DNA from: Candidatus Heimdallarchaeota archaeon
GTDB taxonomy: Archaea > Asgardarchaeota > Heimdallarchaeia > JABLTI01
DNA length: 5,166 bases
Direction of reading: 5' to 3'
Assembly (NCBI GenBank): GCA_030614005.1
Contig: JAUWKS010000113.1
Coordinates: 1-5,166 of the forward strand
Below, one piece after another: positions 1 to 5,166 of the stretch. The notes under the pieces are model-generated. The model ran no database searches and was not told the DNA's origin. It worked only from the letters and a program-made list of their open reading frames with translations. The translations under genes and the position numbers were made by a program. Position 1 is the stretch's first letter. Each line of letters opens with the position of its first letter.

Positions 1-2
1 GA

Positions 3-1400
3 ATAATACAGTGCTTTCCCTGACTCCGGATGGTCATCACCCCAGGTTACATGTAAGTTTTCTTTGCTGTCATGAGATATATATGGTACAATTGCTCGCG
101 TATGATTCACTGAAATAGGCATTGTTTCAGACCATTCTTGGTTATTCTCATAAAACATCTTATAGTATACGCCCGATAGAAGAGGGCCATTTTCATAATA
201 GTGCCAATTATACACTAGAGCAATATCACTATCATTAATTACCGTAGCGGAGAGTTGGATTCTATTTTCAATACCAACATCAGTAGTAACTAGTTCAACA
301 TCATTCCAGAGAACACCTGCGCTAGTAAAATCAATAATCATTGGATTTATATCACTTAGATAGACAGCAAAACAATGGAGCATAGCCCCAACTTCTACGA
401 GTTTAACATTTGGTGTCACTCGGAAGCCAGTTGGTATTTGATAATTTACCAATTCATCATTGGTTAACCAAGCATTATCTGTTGGTCCTTTTCGAACGAT
501 ACTGATATGATGTCTAAGATGATATTCTCCAGCTCTAATAGAGCTTCCAACATAAAAATAATCATCCTTTGTAATTAAAAAGGAGTAAGTTTCAGGTGTG
601 CTGTACCCAGACCACAAAACATTACTCCAAACTCCAGGAGCAATGCGTTTCTGATAGTAAATGGGATGAGCTTCAAGAGCAACTATTACAAAAGAAACTT
701 CTCCGGACCAAACAACATGTGGAGTGCCATCAGAAGTTACACGTATTAAAGGATAGCTAGCAGGCATTGGATCGCCGTATTCATTTTCACCAAAATCAAC
801 TCTCTCAGAAGAACTCCAAACGTTATCCTCCCAGAAAGTATAATAGAGTTTTTGAGAACCAACAGTTAAACCCCAAGAATAGGCTAAATGTATTTTCCCG
901 AAAGTATCGGCTACAATATCAACTGTAATTGATACACCACTTGATTTATCGACGAGAACTGTTTTGTCACTCCAATTGCCATTCGCATAGCGAATTTGAT
1001 GATAGAGCTTGCGACCAGCATACCAATTAGTCCAAACTATGTGCAAATTATCATCACTATCTACAGCATTTCTTGGTGTAACAGATAGGTATGGTGAATC
1101 AAGCATAGTTGCATTATCCCAGACAACACCACCTGGAAGGGCGTTTCCTGATAACAAACTACTGCCACCATCAAATGATGTTAAGGCTAAAGAAGAATCA
1201 CCTGGTCGGGAGTCAAATTTGAAAGAACTAACAGGTTCATTTGTAATGGTTTCCGCTGAAATTACACTAGTAAAAAATCCAGATGATGAATTGATGATAG
1301 AAGGATTTACTATACACAAAAAGATAACAACAAAACAAACTAGTCGTAAATAACCTCTGCCCTTAATTCTTAATACAAAAATGCTTGCAGACAATAACAA
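3..1400 (-). CDS. Large predicted secreted or membrane-anchored beta-propeller (BNR/sialidase-like) repeat protein, partial (3' end lies beyond the left edge)
   Basis: Hand translation gives an uninterrupted minus-strand frame from just after TAA (1409-1407) to position 3, about 466 codons. The N-terminus is signal-peptide-like (RIKGRGYLR LVCFVVIFLCIV NPSIINS). It is followed by about 7 degenerate 45-55 aa repeats, e.g. TPRNAVDSDDNLHIVW..KLYHQIRYANGNWS, DIVADTFGKIHLAY..KLYYTFWEDNVWS, YPLIRVTSDGTPHVVW..IYYQKRIAPGVWS, VPYISHDSKENLHVTW..ALYY. There is no ATG near the start, so the start is probably TTG at 1400 or 1394 (uncertain). The product family is inferred from the repeat pattern only. Confidence 0.85.
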   Translation of the reverse strand, partial: MLLSASIFVLRIKGRGYLRLVCFVVIFLCIVNPSIINSSSGFFTSVISAETITNEPVSSFKFDSRPGDSSLALTSFDGGSSLLSGNALPGGVVWDNATMLDSPYLSVTPRNAVDSDDNLHIVWTNWYAGRKLYHQIRYANGNWSDKTVLVDKSSGVSITVDIVADTFGKIHLAYSWGLTVGSQKLYYTFWEDNVWSSSERVDFGENEYGDPMPASYPLIRVTSDGTPHVVWSGEVSFVIVALEAHPIYYQKRIAPGVWSNVLWSGYSTPETYSFLITKDDYFYVGSSIRAGEYHLRHHISIVRKGPTDNAWLTNDELVNYQIPTGFRVTPNVKLVEVGAMLHCFAVYLSDINPMIIDFTSAGVLWNDVELVTTDVGIENRIQLSATVINDSDIALVYNWHYYENGPLLSGVYYKMFYENNQEWSETMPISVNHTRAIVPYISHDSKENLHVTWGDDHPESGKALYY

Positions 1401-1616
1401 TCCCGCTTATCAACAGCTAGTAAATATAACATTTGTTCCTAATATATCTAATAGTATTTTAAAAATATATACATATTGTTCTCTAACAAAAATGATAGTG
1501 CGTTTTCTACTTCCCATAACCGCACATCCTTCTAACACCAATTATTATCCTTATTTATTTTGTTTGAGTAATTTTAAATTGTCTTCTTAAACTCTGCTTG
1601 GAAAAGCTGTACGATA

Positions 1617-1640
1617 AGCTATTTTATAAAATGTTTAGCT
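1617..1640. promoter_or_regulatory. Palindromic AT-rich TATA-like element in the divergent intergenic region
   Basis: ATTTTATAAAAT (1621-1632) is a perfect palindrome containing TTTATAAA on both strands and is bracketed by AGCT (1617-1620, 1637-1640). A second TATA-like TATATAT lies at 1684-1690, about 20-30 nt before the tnpB ATGs at 1711/1720. Confidence 0.35.
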
Positions 1641-1710
1641 AAGTAAACTATTATTAGTTTCGGTAATCTCCTTAAATAATAACTATATATCAAGCTAACA
1701 ATAAGATAAT

Positions 1711-2980
1711 ATGTGCAAAATGTCTGCAACCGAAACCCTCGTAAGAACTCACAAATACAGACTCTATCCGAGTAAGAAGCAAGAAGCAATATTTACAGAG
1801 TGGTTAGAAACATGCAGACGATTATACAATTATTTTGTCCGACAACGATTTGATCATTGGGAGATCGAAAAACAGTTACCAAAGGGATACCGAACTTACA
1901 TATCATATTTTGACCAATGCAAACAATTACCAGAACTAAAAAAAGACAATCACTATCTAAAACGAGCATATGCAGCAGTTTTAGTTAATGTTGCAAAAAG
2001 AGTTGATAAGACTTTTTTGAATTTTATTCGAGAAATAAGTAAAGGAAATTCAAAATACGGAAAACCAAAGTTCAAGTTTAGATTATGTTATAATTCCTTC
2101 ACTTATCCACAACCAGGCATTAAACATCAAAAATTCAGAATAGAGGATAACAGAATATATCTTGGAAAAATAGGTCATGTTAAGATTATCGTAGATAAAG
2201 ACTTTCCAAATAGAGCAATTCTCAAAACTTGCACAATAAAACGTGAAGTGAATCAATGGTATGCTCATATAAGTTTCACTCAAATTGTAAGTATTCCTGA
2301 ACTTCAAATCAATGAGAATAAAGCAATAGGTATTGACTTAGGAATTAAGACTTATGGAGTTCTTAGTAATGGAAAGGAGATTAAGAATCCAAAATGGTTA
2401 CAAGCAATGGAAAAGAAGTTGGTAAGAGAACAAAAAAATCTATCGCGAAAAAAGAAAGGGTCTAAAAATTGGAAAAAACAATTGATTAAACTTTCGAAAA
2501 TTTACCGAAAAATTAGACTTCAAAGAAATGATTTTCTCCATAAAGAAACTACAAAATTAGCTAATGATTATGATTTAATTGTCCTCGAAGATTTACGAAT
2601 TAGTAACTTGATAAGAAACAGCAGATTAGCTAAAAACATTAGTAATGTATCTTGGGGGATCTTTCAAAATCTTCTTTCATATAAAGTCAATGAAAAAGGA
2701 AAAAAGCTCCTTAAAGTAAATCCTCGAAACACCAGCCAAATTTGTAGTAATTGTGGAGAGATGGTTAGAAAAAGTTTGAAGATTAGAATACATGAATGCC
2801 CTAACTGCAATATTGTTCTTGATAGGGATTTGAACGCAGCAAAGAACATTCTACAAAAGGGATTGAATGAATTACGGTCATCAATTGACAACACCGTTGG
2901 GTTAACGGGAAGTGCTTGTGGAGAAGTTTCAGTGGAAACTCAAGGAAGCAAGAAATTTGTTAAAACAACAAATAAACCAA
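1711..2980 (+). mobile_element. Solo tnpB (IS1341-like) element or domesticated derivative; no transposase gene; left end not identified
   Basis: tnpB plus a right-end-like scaffold ending in ...AAACCAA (2974-2980). There is no tnpA (Y1 or serine recombinase) ORF in 1410-1710 or downstream. Confidence 0.5.
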
Positions 2981-2991
2981 AGCATGGATAG
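1711..2991 (+). CDS. tnpB: IS200/IS605-family RNA-guided endonuclease TnpB, 426 aa, catalytic residues apparently intact
   Basis: N-terminal HTH_OrfB-type motif KYRLYPSKKQ...LETCRRLYN; RuvC-I AIGIDLG (D209); RuvC-II IVLEDL (E293); zinc finger TSQICSNCG..HECPNC (C345/C348/C363/C366); RuvC-III DRDLNAAKNI (D373). The start may be Met4 at 1720. Confidence 0.96.
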   Translation: MCKMSATETLVRTHKYRLYPSKKQEAIFTEWLETCRRLYNYFVRQRFDHWEIEKQLPKGYRTYISYFDQCKQLPELKKDNHYLKRAYAAVLVNVAKRVDKTFLNFIREISKGNSKYGKPKFKFRLCYNSFTYPQPGIKHQKFRIEDNRIYLGKIGHVKIIVDKDFPNRAILKTCTIKREVNQWYAHISFTQIVSIPELQINENKAIGIDLGIKTYGVLSNGKEIKNPKWLQAMEKKLVREQKNLSRKKKGSKNWKKQLIKLSKIYRKIRLQRNDFLHKETTKLANDYDLIVLEDLRISNLIRNSRLAKNISNVSWGIFQNLLSYKVNEKGKKLLKVNPRNTSQICSNCGEMVRKSLKIRIHECPNCNIVLDRDLNAAKNILQKGLNELRSSIDNTVGLTGSACGEVSVETQGSKKFVKTTNKPKHG

Positions 2992-3000
2992 TGCGTCTAA
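2890..3000 (+). ncRNA. Predicted TnpB omegaRNA (reRNA): scaffold about 2890-2980 plus guide about 2981-3000
   Basis: Overlaps the tnpB 3' end, as is established for TnpB omegaRNAs, and has the familiar ACCGTNGGG..ACGGGAA..GCTTGTGGAG..GAAGCAAGAA layout. Visible hairpins: CCGTT/AACGG (2894-2908), AGTTTC/GAAACT (2925-2940), ATTTGTT/AACAAAT (2955-2973). CTTG (2915-2918) can pair with CAAG (2949-2952). Boundaries are inferred. Confidence 0.7.
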
Positions 3001-3026
3001 TTTGCATTATCCCTATTTTATTTTTT
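2986..3026 (+). terminator. 9-bp hairpin followed by T-rich tract; probable end of the tnpB/omegaRNA transcript
   Basis: GGATAGTGC (2986-2994) pairs with GCATTATCC (3004-3012) with one G-U pair and a 9-nt loop. It is followed by TTTTATTTTTT (3016-3026); oligo-T tracts are established archaeal termination signals. Confidence 0.5.
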
Positions 3027-3042
3027 CAACTAAAACCTATAG

Positions 3043-3050
3043 TTTATAAA
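3043..3050 (+). promoter_or_regulatory. Archaeal TATA box for tRNA-Arg
   Basis: TTTATAAA ends 32 nt upstream of the mature tRNA 5' end (3082) and is preceded by A-rich AAAACC (possible BRE). The spacing fits a start near 3072-3076 with a short 5' leader. Confidence 0.6.
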
Positions 3051-3081
3051 TTCTTAACTTTGACTTAGTAACCAGATACTC

Positions 3082-3190
3082 GGGTGTGTAGTACAGCACG
3101 GATAGTGCGTCTGCTTGCGGAGTAATAATGAGTTGTTGCTCTTTATTCCGTATTAGAAGATCGGCGGTTCAAATCCGCTCACACCCGCCA
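3082..3190 (+). tRNA. tRNA-Arg(GCG), intron-containing, CCA encoded
   Basis: Acceptor stem GGGTGTG/CACACCC (7/7 pairs); D stem GTAC/GTGC with GG and A20 in the loop; anticodon stem TCTGC/GTAGA after splicing; anticodon GCG at 3117-3119; variable loop AGATC; T arm GGCGG-TTCAAAT-CCGCT; G73 and CCA (3187-3190); TTTTTT just downstream (3192-3197). Confidence 0.95.
3123..3153 (+). other. 31-nt archaeal tRNA intron at position 39/40 with a bulge-helix-bulge-type motif
   Basis: Central 4-bp helix GCGG (3117-3120)/CCGT (3148-3151); 3-nt bulges AG^T (3121-3123) and AT^T (3152-3154); inner stem AATAA/TTATT plus GAG/CTC with a TTGTTG loop. Cutting after the second nt of each bulge restores a correct 5-bp anticodon stem and 7-nt loop. 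Confidence 0.85.
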
Positions 3191-3201
3191 ATTTTTTACC
3201 T

Positions 3202-3471
3202 TTATATTATATTTGAGAGTAACTTTGGTAGTGGAACATCTTTTGCAGGTTTTTTCCAGAACTTCCACATATTTTCGACCCTTGCTTCGTATCTTTCAGC
3301 TAAATCTTTCTTTCCTGTTCCTCTGTATAATTCAGCTAAGCTTAACCAATTATTTACTTCAGATGGGTCAATTTTTCTAGCTAATTCATAGCATTTAATG
3401 GCTTCTTCTTTCCAGATAATAGTAAAATTATCAAATACAGATGTAAAAGTAGCATATAACATTGAAGTCAT
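3202..3471 (-). CDS. Small tetratricopeptide-repeat (TPR) protein, 89 aa, possibly truncated
   Basis: EEAIKCYELARKIDPSEVNNWLSLAELYRGTGKKDLAERYE matches the TPR consensus (A..Y..A..DP....W..LA..Y...G....A). The N-terminal ~20 aa do not look TPR-like. Confidence 0.6.
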   Translation of the reverse strand: MTSMLYATFTSVFDNFTIIWKEEAIKCYELARKIDPSEVNNWLSLAELYRGTGKKDLAERYEARVENMWKFWKKPAKDVPLPKLLSNII

Positions 3472-3588
3472 GACTTTTCACTATTAATAGTTGATATAAC
3501 ACTTTTCTCTACACAACAATCTTATAATTTAATATTCTGTGTATTTAGTACAATTACCTTTGGTAGTGTTACTAGTGGAGGATTCTAT

Positions 3589-4125
3589 TTGACCTTTGAA
3601 GATCTTGACAGTTATGAAACAATAGTAAAGATGAGAGAAGAACCTGATTTTAACCGTATTAGAAGTGAAATTCTAACTTTGCTTGCAGACAATAAAGATA
3701 TGGTTCTTGCTACTTCCCTTGATAATAGAGTTTCTGCTAGAATTGTTTCCTTTGTCAATGATGATTTCACAATCTATTTCTTTTCTTGGGAACACAACAA
3801 GAAAATCATTCAATTGAGAGGGAACAAGAATGTAGCTTTTAATTTACGCAAACTTCAAATTGAAGGTGAAGCTGAGGTGCTTGGTCGAGCAAATAGCGAA
3901 AAATTCAAAGCTATTGGTGATTTATTTCGAGCTAAATTTTCGTCAAAATGGTATGATTCTTTTTCGAGTGTTAAAGAGATGGTTTTGGTTAAAGTAATCC
4001 CATTAAGGATTGTTAAATTTGAGTCCGCTCACAGACGTTTCCATATACAGAATATCGATTTGACAAATAGTAAAGTCTACCAGATGAGAATCGAGGATAA
4101 AGATAATCCTCATTTCCCTTACTAA
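3589..4125 (+). CDS. Pyridoxamine 5'-phosphate oxidase-like (FMN-binding split barrel) family protein
   Basis: MVLATSLDNRVSARIVSFVNDDFTIYFFS..HNKKIIQLRGNKNVAF..LQIEGEAEVL is the typical PNPOx-like pattern. TTG start with a GGAGG ribosome-binding site at 3577-3581. Confidence 0.85.
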   Translation: MTFEDLDSYETIVKMREEPDFNRIRSEILTLLADNKDMVLATSLDNRVSARIVSFVNDDFTIYFFSWEHNKKIIQLRGNKNVAFNLRKLQIEGEAEVLGRANSEKFKAIGDLFRAKFSSKWYDSFSSVKEMVLVKVIPLRIVKFESAHRRFHIQNIDLTNSKVYQMRIEDKDNPHFPY

Positions 4126-4171
4126 ATAAGGACAAACAAAGCTGAAATAATTTGAATGTCAAATAGTCAGC

Positions 4172-5032
4172 TTATTTCTTTAATTTGCCTAGAGTAAAAC
4201 CATCGCCCGGTCCTTTGTATCTTGGATATTGCTCTCTGTCTAGAGTTGGCTTTTTGTATAATACCGCATCTTCGGGGCATAAGTGATAGCATCTTAAACA
4301 GAATATGCAGCTTTCTCCCCAGGAGAAAATTTCATCTTCAAAAGTAATATTTTCTGTTGGACAGTTGTCAACACATTGCATACATTGTGTGCATGTTTCT
4401 TCATCCACGTAATAATTTCGAGCATATTTATACAACTTTCCAAATCTCATTTCCACTCTTTGCATTAACCCTCCTGCAACATTTACCGGATCCCACCCTT
4501 GTATCCAGCGTTTATTACTTACAATTCGATCTACTAATTTAGCGATTTTTGGTAATGCTTTTTTCTTCTTTACCCAATCATTTTCTTCTCCATTTTTTAT
4601 TGGAAATCGTTTGAAAATCGGGTATGGTAATTTCACATTATTTGGCATTCGTATATTAGTTGCTTGTTTTACTTTGAATCCTTTCTTTTTTAGTTGTCTT
4701 CTCGCGACTAATGCACCGTCTCCACTAAAAATCATCATTGTGGTATACACAAAAGCGTTCTTGTTTTTTACTGGTGCAAGGCTCTTTATGAAATTCATAA
4801 AAACTAATGGAATATCTGACCCATAGATTGGATAGCCAAAACCAACTATATCTGAATGGTTGATCAGTTCATTTACTTTTTTTCCATCTTGAGCAATTTT
4901 CGATTCTACTGAGAAATATTCTACCTCAAAATTTTTTTCTTTGAGCATTTGATGTAATTTTTCTGTTGCCCACCAAGTATTACCAGTGCCACTAAAATAG
5001 AAGATTGTAATTTTTATTGGAAACAACTCCAA
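4172..5032 (-). CDS. EFR1-family ferrodoxin (N-terminal flavodoxin domain plus C-terminal 2x[4Fe-4S] domain)
   Basis: Flavodoxin loop FYFSGTGNTWW and VGFGYPIYGSDIP; two ferredoxin motifs CTQCMQCVDNCP and CIFCLRCYHLCP. The exact TTG start is uncertain. Confidence 0.88.
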   Translation of the reverse strand: MELFPIKITIFYFSGTGNTWWATEKLHQMLKEKNFEVEYFSVESKIAQDGKKVNELINHSDIVGFGYPIYGSDIPLVFMNFIKSLAPVKNKNAFVYTTMMIFSGDGALVARRQLKKKGFKVKQATNIRMPNNVKLPYPIFKRFPIKNGEENDWVKKKKALPKIAKLVDRIVSNKRWIQGWDPVNVAGGLMQRVEMRFGKLYKYARNYYVDEETCTQCMQCVDNCPTENITFEDEIFSWGESCIFCLRCYHLCPEDAVLYKKPTLDREQYPRYKGPGDGFTLGKLKK

Positions 5033-5060
5033 TTAATACTTGCTATTTTAGTTAATAATT

Positions 5061-5165
5061 TTAACTGGTTGTTCTTTCACAGATATATTCTTTCAATTCA
5101 TCAAAATTGGTTATTTTTAGATCAGGAACTTCTAATCCTTCGAGTTGATTGTATGCTTCCCATCT
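5061..5165 (-). CDS. 3' end of a gene entering from the right edge, possibly a HAD-superfamily hydrolase
   Basis: Open frame RWEAYNQLEGLEVPDLKITNFDELKEYICERTTS* (TAA 5063-5061). PDLKITNFDELKEYI resembles the common HAD C-terminal PDxxIxxLxEL motif. Only 34 codons are visible. Confidence 0.45.
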   Translation of the reverse strand, partial: RWEAYNQLEGLEVPDLKITNFDELKEYICERTTS

Positions 5166-5166
5166 A

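Larger units (their letters stand above)
2981..3112 (+). repeat. 18-bp direct repeat pair with 1 mismatch: 2981-2998 and 3095-3112
   Basis: AGCATGGATAGTGCGTCT versus AGCACGGATAGTGCGTCT. The second copy is the D-loop, D-stem and start of the anticodon stem of tRNA-Arg. Confidence 0.95.

Noticed and set aside
1009-1353. 114-aa plus-strand ORF
   Set aside because: Antisense shadow of the long minus-strand propeller gene; no recognisable motifs.
1381-1590. 69-aa plus-strand ORF
   Set aside because: Lies in the AT-rich divergent promoter region, overlaps the propeller gene start and has no protein-like features.
1609-1612. GTAC upstream of tnpB as the left-end TAM matching the GTAC before the tRNA target
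   Set aside because: A 4-mer is expected by chance in about 300 bp, and no convincing left-end structure follows it.
2083-2894. Minus-strand ORFs 2083-2307 and 2664-2894
   Set aside because: Antisense shadows inside tnpB.
1711-2991. Nuclease-dead TldR or CRISPR-associated Cas12f assignment
   Set aside because: All three RuvC acidic residues are present, and there is no CRISPR array or cas gene in the window.
2981-3012. Upstream tRNA-like fragment read as a split, permuted or tRNA-Ala(TGC) gene (TCTAA-TT-TGC-AT-TATCC)
   Set aside because: The anticodon stem does not pair, and there is no acceptor or T arm and no complementary leader for trans-splicing.
2981-3112. CRISPR mini-array or classical attL/attR reading of the 18-bp repeat
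   Set aside because: Only two copies, one of which is an integral part of a tRNA. The 96 bp between them is terminator and promoter sequence, there is no integrase, and att cores usually duplicate the tRNA 3' portion.
3128-3391. 87-aa plus-strand ORF starting in the tRNA intron
   Set aside because: Runs through the tRNA 3' exon and antisense to the TPR gene; too short and featureless for an intron-encoded endonuclease.
4357-4826. Plus-strand ORFs 4357-4542 and 4611-4826
   Set aside because: Antisense shadows of the flavodoxin/ferredoxin gene.

Overview
Low-GC archaeal window. The evidence for an archaeal origin is a tRNA intron with a bulge-helix-bulge motif and TATA-box promoters; an Asgard/Heimdallarchaeia-like origin is only a guess from gene style. 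Left to right it holds: (1) the 5' part of a large, probably secreted beta-propeller repeat protein on the minus strand, absent from the ORF track because it runs off the left edge; (2) a solo IS200/IS605-family TnpB with an intact RuvC D-E-D triad and an overlapping omegaRNA scaffold; (3) tRNA-Arg(GCG) with a 31-nt intron at non-canonical position 39/40; (4) a small TPR protein; (5) a PNPOx-like FMN-binding protein; (6) an EFR1-type flavodoxin/ferredoxin; and (7) the 3' end of a possible HAD hydrolase. The main observation is that the 18 nt in the TnpB guide position (2981-2998) match the D-arm and start of the anticodon stem of the adjacent tRNA-Arg gene (3095-3112) at 17/18 positions. This suggests an RNA-guided nuclease programmed against a tRNA gene. 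No function is demonstrated.
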